From positions 2,144,001 to 2,208,000 of the forward strand of contig CBDCXL010000002.1 of assembly GCA_965223795.1 (NCBI GenBank): a stretch of DNA of 64,000 nucleotides, given 5' to 3'. The notes beneath the pieces were generated by a model. The model was not told where the DNA came from. It saw nothing but the letters and a program-made list of their open reading frames with translations, and did not search any database. Positions within the stretch are counted from its first letter, which is position 1. Each line of letters begins with the position of its first letter. This document shows positions 39,318-48,924 of this stretch, in pieces. This DNA comes from Nitrospinales bacterium. GTDB taxonomy: Bacteria; Nitrospinota; Nitrospinia; Nitrospinales; VA-1. Made by a program: the position numbers and the translations under genes.

Positions 39318-39548
39318 TCACTCGATGATTTCCAGCACCGCCCGCTTTTTCAGCTTGGTCGCGGTGGCGTTGAGCAGCACCCGCATGGCGCGGGCGGTTT
39401 TCCCCTGCTTGCCGATCACTTTGCCGAGGTCTTCCTTGGCGACACGCAGTTCGTAAACGGTTGTCTTTTCCCCTTCCACTTCGGTTAAATCCACCTCCTC
39501 AGGCTTGTCCACCAACGATTTCGCAATCATTAGAATGAGATCTTTCAT
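39318..39548 (-). CDS. khpA: KH domain RNA-binding protein KhpA
   Basis: LVDKPEEV...[17 protein letters not shown]; between rpsP and rimM. Confidence 0.9.
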   Translation of the reverse strand: MKDLILMIAKSLVDKPEEVDLTEVEGEKTTVYELRVAKEDLGKVIGKQGKTARAMRVLLNATATKLKKRAVLEIIE

Positions 39549-39661
39549 GGCTCCCTCCTCGAACCGCAACTCAAAGGTCACTGGAGACGGGAAGAAGGAT
39601 CTGAGCTAGAGCATCGACCTGAAATTGAGCGGGATATGTGATGGAAATAGGATGCTGATCT

Positions 39662-39907
39662 CTATTGACCGACTCCTGCTTTTTTCAGGAGGCTTGCCAC
39701 CGTCTTGCTCGGCTTGGCGCCCTTCGCAATCCAGGCCGACGCTTTTTCGGCATCGATATTACAGTTGTCTTCTTCCTTCAGCGGATCGAAGGTTCCCAGG
39801 ATTTCCAGGAACCGGCCGTCCCTCGGAAACCGGGAATCCGCCGCTACGATTCTATAGAATGGTTTCTTTTTTGCGCCTCGCCTTGTCAGTCTGATCACGA
39901 CAGCCAA
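39662..39907 (-). CDS. rpsP: 30S ribosomal protein S16
   Basis: [34 protein letters not shown] start with AGGAGG SD. Confidence 0.97.
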   Translation of the reverse strand: MAVVIRLTRRGAKKKPFYRIVAADSRFPRDGRFLEILGTFDPLKEEDNCNIDAEKASAWIAKGAKPSKTVASLLKKAGVGQ

Positions 39908-39975
39908 AATCGTCCCTCCTGTGTATTAGATGATAGGTGTCTCTATTATGATGCTTTTTTCACGGCTATGCCATT

Positions 39976-41316
39976 TCAAAACGGGCTGCGTCCGCCCATC
40001 ATGCTGCCCAGGTTGAAGCCGCCCTTGAATTTTCCCATGTTGAACTTTTTCATCATCTTCTGCATCTGCGAGAACTGCTTCAATAACTTATTGATTTCAT
40101 TGACGGAGGTCCCGCTCCCGGCGGCGATCCGGCGTTTGCGGCTGCTGTTGATGATGTTGTGCTTCTCGCGCTCCGCCGGGGTCATGGAATTGATGATCGC
40201 CTCGATGCGAACGAACGCTTTTTCATCGACTTTCAGCCCCTTGAGCTTGTTGGCGCCGGGGATCATGCCGATCAGCTGCTGGATGGAGCCCATCTTCTGG
40301 ATCTGCTTGAGCTGGTCGCGGAAATCCTCGAGCGTGAAGCGGTTCTTCTTGAGTTTTTTCTCCAGCTCCTCCTGCTGTTCGAGGTCGTAGGTCTGCTCGG
40401 CCTTCTCCACCAGGGACATCACGTCGCCCATGCCGAGAATGCGCGAGACCAGCCGGTCCGGGTAGAACGGTTCGAGCGCGTCCAGTTTCTCGCCGGTGCC
40501 GATGAAGCGGATCGGCTTGCCGGTGGTCTTTTTGATCGACAGCGCCGCGCCGCCGCGGGTGTCGCCGTCCATCTTGGTGAGGACCACCCCGTCGATGCCG
40601 ACGGCTTCGTGAAAGGTGCCGGCGACGCTGGCGGCCTGCTGGCCCATCATGGCGTCGGCGACGAACAGCACTTCGTGCGGCTCGACCTTTTTCTTGATCG
40701 CCTTGAGCTCCTGCATCAGGGCGTCGTCGATCTGGGTGCGGCCGGCGGTGTCGAGGATCAGCACCTGCACCATCTTGCGCTGCGCTTCCTGCAGCGCGTT
40801 GGCGCAGATCTTCACCGGGTCGGACTCGCCCTCGGCCTGGTACACGTCGATCTCCAGATCCCGCCCCAGCACGTTGAGCTGCTCGATGGCGGCCGGGCGG
40901 TACACGTCCGCCGGAACCAGCAGGCATTTTTTGCCCTTCTCTTTAAAGCGCCGGGCGAGCTTGCCGACGGTGGTGGTCTTGCCGGAACCCTGCAGGCCCG
41001 CCATGAGGATCACCGTGGGCGGCTTGGAGGCGAACTGGATCTCCTGAAACTCGTCGCCGAGCAGCGCGGTCAGCTCGGTGTTGACGATCTTGACCATCTG
41101 GTGGCCGGGGGTGAGGCTTTTCAGCACCTCCTGGCCGATGGACTGCTCGCGGATCTGGGCGAGAAAATCCTTGATGACGGGCAGGCTGACGTCGGCCTCG
41201 ATGAGGGCGATGCGGATCTCGCGCAGGGCTTCGTCGACGTCGCCCTCTTTCAACAGGCCGCGTCCCTTGAGTTTTTTATAGACCGCTTCCAGGCGGTTGG
41301 AAAGGCTCTCCAGCAT
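39976..41316 (-). CDS. ffh: Signal recognition particle protein Ffh
   Basis: GLQGSGKTT, DTAGR, TKMDGD, Met-rich M domain. Confidence 0.97.
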   Translation of the reverse strand: MLESLSNRLEAVYKKLKGRGLLKEGDVDEALREIRIALIEADVSLPVIKDFLAQIREQSIGQEVLKSLTPGHQMVKIVNTELTALLGDEFQEIQFASKPPTVILMAGLQGSGKTTTVGKLARRFKEKGKKCLLVPADVYRPAAIEQLNVLGRDLEIDVYQAEGESDPVKICANALQEAQRKMVQVLILDTAGRTQIDDALMQELKAIKKKVEPHEVLFVADAMMGQQAASVAGTFHEAVGIDGVVLTKMDGDTRGGAALSIKKTTGKPIRFIGTGEKLDALEPFYPDRLVSRILGMGDVMSLVEKAEQTYDLEQQEELEKKLKKNRFTLEDFRDQLKQIQKMGSIQQLIGMIPGANKLKGLKVDEKAFVRIEAIINSMTPAEREKHNIINSSRKRRIAAGSGTSVNEINKLLKQFSQMQKMMKKFNMGKFKGGFNLGSMMGGRSPF

Positions 41317-41416
41317 GGGAAAAGACTCTAATTTTACAAGGTTTATTGGTTTGCTGTAAAATGCGACAGTATATAATAACCGCCTTCGTTGTCAAGGAAC
41401 AACACGCAAACCCAAT

Positions 41417-42103
41417 ATGAAAAAAGCCGTTGTTTTGCTGAGCGGCGGGCTGGACTCCGCGACCACGCTCGCCGTCGCCAAAAATGAGGGATTCGCCCCG
41501 CACAGCCTGAGTTTCGACTACGGCCAGCGGCACCGGGTGGAGCTCGACCGGGCGCGCGCGCTGTCGCAAAAGATGGATGCCGTGGAGCACCGCGTGGTGC
41601 GGATCGACCTGGCGCAATTCGGCGGCTCGGCGCTGACGGCGGACATTCCCGTCCCGGCCGGGCGCAGCGAGAAAGAGATGGCGGCGGCAATCCCGGTCAC
41701 CTACGTCCCGGCGCGGAACACGGTGTTCCTCGCGCACGCGCTGGCGTACGCGGAGGTGGCCGGAGCGGCGGACCTGTTCATCGGCGTCAACGCCATCGAC
41801 TACAGCGGCTATCCGGACTGCCGGCCGGAGTTCATCGCCGCGTTCGAGGCGATGGCGAACCTGGCCACGAAAGCGGGCGTCGAAGGCCGGCGGCTCACCA
41901 TTCACGCGCCGCTGATCCAACTGACGAAAGAGGAGATCATAAAAAAAGGGCTGGCGCTGGGTGTGGACTACGCGCTCACGCACAGCTGCTACGACCCGGA
42001 TGCAAACGGCACCGCCTGCGGCGAGTGCGACTCCTGCAAACTGCGGCTCAAGGGATTCCAGGAAGCGGGCGTGCAGGACCCGATCGCGTATCAAAAAAGA
42101 TAA
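41417..42103 (+). CDS. queC: 7-cyano-7-deazaguanine synthase QueC
   Basis: SGGLDS, YVPARN, YPDCR, SCY...CGECDSC. Confidence 0.96.
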   Translation: MKKAVVLLSGGLDSATTLAVAKNEGFAPHSLSFDYGQRHRVELDRARALSQKMDAVEHRVVRIDLAQFGGSALTADIPVPAGRSEKEMAAAIPVTYVPARNTVFLAHALAYAEVAGAADLFIGVNAIDYSGYPDCRPEFIAAFEAMANLATKAGVEGRRLTIHAPLIQLTKEEIIKKGLALGVDYALTHSCYDPDANGTACGECDSCKLRLKGFQEAGVQDPIAYQKR

Positions 42104-42248
42104 CTGTGCTCTGGAAGAACGCGTTTAAGACCGTGCAGGCAATCAACCGCAAATAAGAAGACAGCCTTGCGAAAGGGCTCAAGGAAACCGGGAATGAACA
42201 CTTAATGGATGGATCTCTGAATCGTGAATAGGGCCGGGTGAGAACTTG

Positions 42249-43847
42249 ATGGATTTTGCTTGGGTTGCGATCGCGCTGAGTGATGTTGCCTGGATCTCCC
42301 TGGCGTTTTTACTGGGTTTCCTGGCCGTACGGATCGGCCTGCCGCCTCTGGTCGGTTTTCTGGCGACCGGCTTCGTGCTCAATCACCTTGGCATTGCGAG
42401 CGGAGAGATGCTGCAGAAGCTCGCGGATCTGGGCATCACGCTTTTGCTGTTCACCGTCGGCCTGAAGCTGGACCTTAAGGTGCTGATACGGCCGCAGGTC
42501 TGGTCGGTGACGGCATTGCACACCGCGATCGTCATCGTTCTTTTCGGAGCGGCTGTCTATGGCCTGGCCGTCATGGGGGCGCCGCTCTTTTCCAGCCTGG
42601 ATTTCAAACTTTCGCTGTTTTTGGCCTTTGCATTGAGTTTTTCCAGCACCGTGTTTGTGGTCAAGATGCTGGAGAAGAATGCGGAGATGAATTCCCTGCA
42701 CGGACAGATCGCTATCGGCATCCTGATCATGCAGGACCTTGCGGCGGTCGTCTTTCTGGCGGCGTCGACCGGGAAGCTGCCCACGCTCTGGGCGTTGCTG
42801 CTGCTCCTGCTCATCCCGTTGCGGCCGCTGTTGCACCACCTGCTGCAAAAGACGGGTCACGGCGAACTGTTGATCCTGTACGGCCTGGTTTTGGCCCTGG
42901 GCGGCGCCAAGCTGTTTGAGCTGGGCGGCGTGAAGGAAGATCTCGGCGCTCTCGTGATGGGCGTGTTGATCTCCTCACATCCGAAATCGAACGAGATGGC
43001 CAAAACGATGCTGGGGTTCAAGGATCTGTTTCTGGTCGGATTCTTTCTTTCCATTGGCATGTCGGGCGAGCTGTCGCTGGAAACAGGGGTCATCGGGCTG
43101 CTGCTGGTGCCGTTTGTCCTGGTAAAGTCGGTGCTGTTTTTTTTCCTGATGACGCGGTTCAAACTGCGGGCCCGCACTTCCCTGCTGGCGACCCTCAATC
43201 TGAGCAACTACAGCGAGTTCGGACTGATCGTGGCGGCGATCGGCGTGGCCAACGGTTGGATAGGCGCAGAATGGCTGGTCGTCATCGCCATCGCGCTTTC
43301 CCTTTCGTTTGTCGTTGCCGCGCCGTTGAACCGCATCGATGACAGGATCTACAGCGAGTTCCGGGACTTCTGGATGCGGTTTCAACGCAGGGAGAGGCTC
43401 CCCGACGACATGCTGCTGGACACGCTCGGCGCCACCATTGCCATCTTCGGCATGGGCCGGGTGGGCAGCGGCGCTTACGACAAGATGCGCGAATTTCATG
43501 GCGATACCGTGGTCGGTGTCGATTTCGATGCGGATTTGATCCGAAGGCACCAGACGGAAGGCCGCAAAGCCCTGTACGGGGATCCCAGCGATGCGGATTT
43601 CTGGGAAAAAATAGGGCAGGACCACAGCATCAAACTGGTCATGCTGGCGCTGCCCAACCTTCAGGCCAATCTGGATGCCCTGGAACAACTGCGCCGAATC
43701 GCTTTCGAGGGCCGCATCGCCGCAACCGCACGATTCCCGGATGAGGTGAAACGGCTTAAGGAGGCGGGCGCAACGTCCGTGTTCAATATCTACACGGAAG
43801 CGGGCGCCGGGTTCGCCAATCACGTGGCGACTCAGGAGGGTCCGTGA
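42249..43847 (+). CDS. CPA2 family cation:proton antiporter with C-terminal KTN/NAD-binding domain (Kef-like)
   Basis: LLLFTVGL, SSTVFV, ILIMQD, SEFG; GMGRVG KTN motif. Confidence 0.88.
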   Translation: MDFAWVAIALSDVAWISLAFLLGFLAVRIGLPPLVGFLATGFVLNHLGIASGEMLQKLADLGITLLLFTVGLKLDLKVLIRPQVWSVTALHTAIVIVLFGAAVYGLAVMGAPLFSSLDFKLSLFLAFALSFSSTVFVVKMLEKNAEMNSLHGQIAIGILIMQDLAAVVFLAASTGKLPTLWALLLLLLIPLRPLLHHLLQKTGHGELLILYGLVLALGGAKLFELGGVKEDLGALVMGVLISSHPKSNEMAKTMLGFKDLFLVGFFLSIGMSGELSLETGVIGLLLVPFVLVKSVLFFFLMTRFKLRARTSLLATLNLSNYSEFGLIVAAIGVANGWIGAEWLVVIAIALSLSFVVAAPLNRIDDRIYSEFRDFWMRFQRRERLPDDMLLDTLGATIAIFGMGRVGSGAYDKMREFHGDTVVGVDFDADLIRRHQTEGRKALYGDPSDADFWEKIGQDHSIKLVMLALPNLQANLDALEQLRRIAFEGRIAATARFPDEVKRLKEAGATSVFNIYTEAGAGFANHVATQEGP

Positions 43848-44104
43848 GGCGAAGAGGAACCGATAGATAATCAATGGACAGGATGAACGGGATAAAAGCA
43901 AAAAACGGCCTCGCGCAAAGACGCAGAGACGCAAAGAAAAGCAAAAAAGGATTAAATGGGATGAACAGGATAAAAGATTTCTGTCACCCTGAGCCTGTCG
44001 AAGGGGGAATCGTTGGGAAAAGCGGGGGGAGAAGGATCACGGCAATTGGTGAGGAAGAGCGCGGGAATATAGAAATCTATTGGATCGGGGATCACGAAAA
44101 GAAC

Positions 44105-44512
44105 ATGGAGCCTTTTCCAAAGCAGAAGATCCGGCCGCAATCGGGCAAACTTTCCGGCGAGGACGGCAACGTCTCACTGGAGATCTTTCTGTCTCCGTTC
44201 GAGCTTGAACTGGAGGATCATTCGGAACGCGTGGAGACTTCGATCCGACTGGACGGCATCGACATTCCCGCAAGTACGGCGGCGCTGGAAGGAAAAGCCT
44301 TCACGTTTCCTGTGAACCCGGAAGCAGGGTACATCGACGGTTCCGTCTATTTTTTCGCGGCGCACCATCCGGTGGACGTGACGCGCATCGCGTTTGGAAC
44401 CATCACAGGCAGCCGCCTGCCGGTCACGCTGAGCACCACCTGGGTGCTGGAATTTGAAAACAGCGGCTTCCGGCATTTTCAAACCGACATTGAGACCGAG
44501 ATTGCGTTGTGA
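44105..44512 (+). CDS. Hypothetical protein (cassette cargo 1)
   Basis: 135-aa ORF with plausible codon usage (FTFPVNPEAGYIDGSVYFFAAHHPVDV); the upstream extension in the ORF track runs through repeats. Confidence 0.7.
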   Translation: MEPFPKQKIRPQSGKLSGEDGNVSLEIFLSPFELELEDHSERVETSIRLDGIDIPASTAALEGKAFTFPVNPEAGYIDGSVYFFAAHHPVDVTRIAFGTITGSRLPVTLSTTWVLEFENSGFRHFQTDIETEIAL

Positions 44513-44679
44513 CGGACGCGAAGGCGAGAAGAAAGGCGGGGACAGAAAGGCGGCCTCGCGCAAAGACGCGAAGGCGCAAAGGAAAAGATTGAGACAGGAT
44601 GCAGGATAAAAGCGTGATTAGAAGGGGAAAAGCAAAAGCAATTTCACCGCAAAGACGCAAAGGACGCAAAGAAAATCTA

Positions 44680-45339
44680 ATGGCAAGTGTAAGAAACAAA
44701 ATTAATATGACTGAATCCGAAGAAATTTTTGAATCTGTATTGAAGATGAAGGGAATAATTTATGAGCGTATTCCAAGAACAAATATGCTCACTCCTGATT
44801 ATAAAGTGAAGCTTGATTGTACTGATTCTTACTGGGAAATTAAGGAATTGGATATAAACAAAAATGAGAAAGAAATTCTAAAAAATATAGAAGCGAGTTT
44901 AATAAAAGGATACAGCATTGACTCATTTAGAAGAGTGGCCAAAAAGATAAAGAAAGCAAGCAATCAGTTTAAAGTCTATGGTGTGGTTTCATATCCCTGT
45001 GTGCTTGTAATTTATGATTCGCGTCCGTTTGCTGTTATGGATTTTGGCTTTGTCGACAGCGTTTTAACGAAAATGTACGGTAACGCTGAATACGAAGAAA
45101 ATTTAAAAGGGGAGTTCATTGAAGTAAATAGAAGCATTGGTTTACTCACAAACAAACATAAACACATTAGTGCAATAGCTTTTTTATCCAAAAAGAAAAA
45201 AGACTTAATTTTCTATCACAATAAAAATACAAGTAATTTAATTCAAGAAAATCAATCTATTTCTAAATTTGAAAATCATTACATTTTTGAAAGAACTAGA
45301 AAAGGATGGGAATGGATCAAACACGCACAATTAACTTAG
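44680..45339 (+). CDS. AT-rich hypothetical protein, possible PD-(D/E)xK nuclease fold (cassette cargo 2)
   Basis: SEEIFE...TPDYKV...WEIKEL pattern; strongly AT-rich relative to flanks. Confidence 0.65.
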   Translation: MASVRNKINMTESEEIFESVLKMKGIIYERIPRTNMLTPDYKVKLDCTDSYWEIKELDINKNEKEILKNIEASLIKGYSIDSFRRVAKKIKKASNQFKVYGVVSYPCVLVIYDSRPFAVMDFGFVDSVLTKMYGNAEYEENLKGEFIEVNRSIGLLTNKHKHISAIAFLSKKKKDLIFYHNKNTSNLIQENQSISKFENHYIFERTRKGWEWIKHAQLT

Positions 45340-45489
45340 ACACGAGTAAGCATTCCTCCTTCAGGTTTTCTTTGCGTCTTAGCGGCTTTGCGCGAGGCCA
45401 TTTTTTTTTACAGTTCACCCTTCGACGGGCTCAGGGTGACAGAAATCGTTTCATCCCGCCTTTATCCCGTCTATCCTGTCCGATGGTTT

Positions 45490-46200
45490 TCAGGTCTTCG
45501 ACTGGCCGCCGTCGATGAACAGGGTCTCGCCGTTGACGAAGTCGTTCTCCAGCAGGTATTCCAGCCCCTGCACGATGTTGGTCTCGCCGCCGTGGGTTCT
45601 GGTGGGGATGACCTTCGCCCATTTTTTAAGATAGGCGTCGGTCTCGCCCACGGGCGGCAGGATGAGGCCCGGCGCGATGGCGTTGACGCGCACGGTTTCG
45701 CCGAATTCCAATGCCGCGAGATGGGTGAGGTGGCTGAGCCCCGCCTTGGTCACGGCGTAGGCGGCGAAGGTGGGCACGGCGCGCTCGATGCGCTCATCGA
45801 GGATGTTGACGATGAGCCCCTTGTTCACCTGCCGCTTGTACTCGCGCATCAACAGATACGGCGTCAGCAGGTTGATGTGGAAACTGTTGGTCAGCGTTTC
45901 GGTTTGCGTGGCCTCGATGTTTTCCTGGATGAACACGGAGGCGGAGTTGACGAGCACGGAAAGATCGGGAAACGCGTCGCGCACCTCGCCGATGAGTTTT
46001 TCCGTGGCGGCGAGGTCGGTGAAGTCGCAGGGGAACGAGCGGGCGGTGACGCCCTTCGCGCGGATGTCGGCCAGCGTCTGTCCGGCCTCTTTGGAGGAGG
46101 TGTTGTGGTGCAGGGCGATGTCGTGGCCTTTGCCTGCGAGGTGCAGCGCCATGGCACGTCCCAGGCGCACGGCCCCGCCGGTCACCAGGGCTGCGGGCAT
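45490..46200 (-). CDS. SDR family oxidoreductase (FolM/pteridine reductase-like)
   Basis: ALVTGGAVRLG, VNSAS, YAVTK, VNAIAPG. Confidence 0.85.
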   Translation of the reverse strand: MPAALVTGGAVRLGRAMALHLAGKGHDIALHHNTSSKEAGQTLADIRAKGVTARSFPCDFTDLAATEKLIGEVRDAFPDLSVLVNSASVFIQENIEATQTETLTNSFHINLLTPYLLMREYKRQVNKGLIVNILDERIERAVPTFAAYAVTKAGLSHLTHLAALEFGETVRVNAIAPGLILPPVGETDAYLKKWAKVIPTRTHGGETNIVQGLEYLLENDFVNGETLFIDGGQSKT

Positions 46201-46317
46201 TTGAACCTCCTGGTCTTTCCGGGTATACTCGGTGGCATTCAGGCAGGCATTTAACGTTAATTTTCAGGCAAAATCCACTGATTTTCTCCTGAATCCCTTT
46301 TTGCTGGAGCAGCGCCG

Positions 46318-46839
46318 ATGGATGATACAAGCAAACCCAAATGCGTGAACATCGCTGTCCTGACCGTGTCGGACACGCGGACGGAAGCGGACGACAAGTC
46401 GGGCAAGACCCTGGTGGACCGCATCAAAGCGGCCGGGCACAAGGTCGCGGACAAGCGCATCGTGAAAGACGAGATCGCGCTGTTGCAGCAGGCGCTCAAG
46501 GAGTGGATCGACCGGGAGGACGTGGACGTGGTCATCGCCACGGGCGGCACGGGCGTGACCGGGCGCGACGTGACGCCGGAGGCGTTCGAGGAACTCTACG
46601 ACAAACCGATTCCGGGATTCGGCGAGCTGTTCCGCATGCTGAGCTATCAGAGCATCAAGACGTCCACGATGCAGTCGCGCGCCACGGCGGGGGTGGCGAA
46701 GGGCACGTTCCTGTTCGCGCTGCCGGGGTCGACGGGGGCCTGCAAGGACGCCTGGGACCAGATTCTGGTGCACCAGCTCAACAGCAACAACCCGCCCTGC
46801 AATCTGGTCGAGCTGATGCCGCGCCTGATGGAAAAATAG
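46318..46839 (+). CDS. moaB: Molybdenum cofactor biosynthesis protein B
   Basis: AVLTVSDTR, TGGTG...RDVTPEA, GFGELFR, LPGS. Confidence 0.93.
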   Translation: MDDTSKPKCVNIAVLTVSDTRTEADDKSGKTLVDRIKAAGHKVADKRIVKDEIALLQQALKEWIDREDVDVVIATGGTGVTGRDVTPEAFEELYDKPIPGFGELFRMLSYQSIKTSTMQSRATAGVAKGTFLFALPGSTGACKDAWDQILVHQLNSNNPPCNLVELMPRLMEK

Positions 46840-46998
46840 CTCCTCCCCGGAGGGAGACAGGTCCGGCTCCCACAGCCTGCTTTTCTTTTTAAGGCATGCT
46901 GCAAGCGGTTTCAGCTCTGTTTTACGAACGTGCTTCGGCCCCGCCCGGTAAGAACGGGGCCGGCTCCCAACGGTTCGCGCTGTGCGTTTTTTTTTGCG

Positions 46999-47877
46999 TT
47001 AAGGCAGCGCCACTTTGCTCAGGGAAAAGGGGATCACTTTCAGCGATTCGGGGGTCGCGAGGTAGACGATGAGCTGCATGTCCGGCGCGGGCGGTTCTTT
47101 GAAGCCGTAGCTTCTGAATTCGCCGCCGGTGGAGCGGAACACGGGCTTGATGCGATTGCCCTCGGCGTCGAGGAACTGAAACGCCACGAGCCGGTTTTTC
47201 GGGTCGTGCACGAGAAAGTGCAGGCTGTTTTTGTCGTCGGGCAGCATGCCGGCGAACATCCCTTCGAACATCTTTCCGAACGCCGCGCCCAGCTCCTGGC
47301 CGAACTGATCCATGCTGTTCTTCTGCGCCCTCTCCATTTCCCGTTTTTTCTGCGCTTCGTAAATTTCTTTGGTGGTGAAGCTCACCTGCACGCGGCTTTT
47401 TTCCAGCGCCGGATGCGACAACGGCTTGCCGGGGTTCTGCATGAAATGTTTGAGCGTGACCTGGCTGCCGTTTTTCGGGTCGGGCTGGAACAGCTCCATC
47501 TCGCCTTTCAAAAACTGCAGGTATTTGGCGTCGCGCGCCGGGTTTTTCAACGAAACCTTGCGCGCCAGTTTGTGATCGCCTTCGTCGTTGAACTGGAAGC
47601 TTGAGAACGCCGGTTTGTCCGCCGGGCTCAGGATGCGGCCTTTGTCGTCCGCGGCGTAATGGATGCGCAGGTCGCGGATGCCGAGCGACTGCGACACCTC
47701 CGGACCCATGACGATGAGCTCCAGTTCGCACTTGGCGAAAACGTCTTTGGTCGAACGCCGGTCGGACACTTCGCTGACCAGCACCCGCGCTTCCGCCGCA
47801 AATCCGTTCTGCGCCGCCGCGACAATGAACAACGCGAGCGCCGCGCCCCACCGTGCTGCTCTCGGGAAACCTGCCAT
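46999..47877 (-). CDS. Hypothetical exported protein
   Basis: Only the 3' part of ORF 46999-48831 is credible: AGGAGG SD then MAGFPRAARWGAALALFIVAAAQNGFA signal peptide. The rest is antisense to rluD. Confidence 0.75.
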   Translation of the reverse strand: MAGFPRAARWGAALALFIVAAAQNGFAAEARVLVSEVSDRRSTKDVFAKCELELIVMGPEVSQSLGIRDLRIHYAADDKGRILSPADKPAFSSFQFNDEGDHKLARKVSLKNPARDAKYLQFLKGEMELFQPDPKNGSQVTLKHFMQNPGKPLSHPALEKSRVQVSFTTKEIYEAQKKREMERAQKNSMDQFGQELGAAFGKMFEGMFAGMLPDDKNSLHFLVHDPKNRLVAFQFLDAEGNRIKPVFRSTGGEFRSYGFKEPPAPDMQLIVYLATPESLKVIPFSLSKVALP

Positions 47878-47982
47878 GATCTCCTCCTGAAATATCAGGG
47901 CTTTGGACCGCCCCGACCGGCGTTGAACGTGTATAATGACAGGGTAACGGAAACAGTCGGAATATGCGAGTAAATCCTTATT

Positions 47983-48924
47983 ATGCAATGCTTTAGGTAT
48001 ACAGTTGCGGGGTCGTCCGGACGCCTGCGTCTGGACCATTATCTGGCGGAAATTCAGGCGGATTTCAGCCGCTCGCGGCTCAAGAAGCTGATCGAGTCGG
48101 GCCGGGTTGCGGTGAACGGCGTGTCTGTGAAATCCAAATACAGGGTGCAGGCGGGGGACGTGGTGGAGCTGACCGTGCCGCCGCCGGAACCGATGGACCT
48201 CGCGCCGGAGTCGATCCGGCTCAACATCGTCTATGAGGACGCGGGGCTGGTCGTGGTGGACAAACCGGCCGGGATGGTGGTGCACCCGGCGCCGGGACAC
48301 GCCCGCGGCACGCTGGTCAACGCGCTGTTGCATCACTGCGGCGCCGACCTCATGGGGATCGGCGGGGTGGAGCGGCCCGGCATCGTGCACCGGCTGGACA
48401 AGGACACCTCGGGGCTGGTGCTGGCGGCGAAAACCGAAGCGGCGCACTCCTCGCTCAGCCGCCAGTTCAAGGACCGCAGCGTCGGCAAGGTCTACCTGGC
48501 GCTGGTGCGCGGCGAAGTCGCCAGCGACCGCGGCGTCATCGACGCGGCGATCGGCCGGCACCCGGTGCACCGCAAGAAAATGGCGCTGCGGGAGAGCGGC
48601 CGCAAAGCGGTGACACGTTACCAGGTGATCGGCCGCGGCGAGGACGTCTCGTATGTGCGGCTGCAGCCTGAAACCGGCCGCACGCACCAGATCCGCGTGC
48701 ACCTGGCCTCGCTCGGCCACCCCATTCTCGGCGACGCGCTGTACGGCGGCAAAACGGGGACCGGATCCCTCCGCATCGGGCGGCAGGCGCTGCACGCGCA
48801 CCGGCTCACGATCGACAACCCGGCCTCGCAAAATCGTCAGGAATTTGAATCCCCCCTTCCGGCGGACATGGCGGGACTTGTGAATAACCTGTGCTTTTCT
48901 GGCGATGCCCGTCCCGGAACGTGA
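47983..48924 (+). CDS. rluD: RluA family 23S rRNA pseudouridine synthase (RluD)
   Basis: S4 domain RLDHYL, KPAGMVVHP, HRLDKDTSG, TGRTHQIRVH. Confidence 0.93.
   Translation: MQCFRYTVAGSSGRLRLDHYLAEIQADFSRSRLKKLIESGRVAVNGVSVKSKYRVQAGDVVELTVPPPEPMDLAPESIRLNIVYEDAGLVVVDKPAGMVVHPAPGHARGTLVNALLHHCGADLMGIGGVERPGIVHRLDKDTSGLVLAAKTEAAHSSLSRQFKDRSVGKVYLALVRGEVASDRGVIDAAIGRHPVHRKKMALRESGRKAVTRYQVIGRGEDVSYVRLQPETGRTHQIRVHLASLGHPILGDALYGGKTGTGSLRIGRQALHAHRLTIDNPASQNRQEFESPLPADMAGLVNNLCFSGDARPGT

Larger units (their letters stand above)
43876..45481. mobile_element. Putative repeat-delimited cassette carrying two hypothetical genes
   Basis: Left modules at 43876-44005 are mirrored in reverse complement at 45366-45481, including a 30-bp arm with 1 mismatch; internal module copy at 44531-44675. 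No transposase. Confidence 0.6.

Noticed and set aside
39908..39975. SRP RNA or other RNA gene near ffh
   Set aside because: The gap is too short and no SRP domain IV motif was seen; no tRNA or rRNA was recognised anywhere in the window.
16327..42103. queE and queC as part of a 7-deazaguanine DNA-modification island
   Set aside because: They are 25 kb apart among housekeeping genes with no dpdA-like gene; ordinary queuosine synthesis is the simpler explanation.
43876..44005. Possible CRISPR array or integron attC sites
   Set aside because: No regular repeat-spacer periodicity, no cas or intI gene in the window, and no recognisable RYYYAAC/GTTRRRY attC ends.
43874..44104. N-terminal extensions of ORFs 43874-44512, 44599-45339 and 63183-63605 (e.g. 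MDRMNGIK, RKDAKDAK)
   Set aside because: They are translations of the non-coding X/Y/Z repeats, not credible protein sequence.
47878..48831. 5' half of the 610-aa minus-strand ORF, and other long antisense ORFs (e.g. 7876-9471, 55071-57395, 59516-60931)
   Set aside because: These are shadow ORFs opposite well-supported genes, expected in high-GC DNA.
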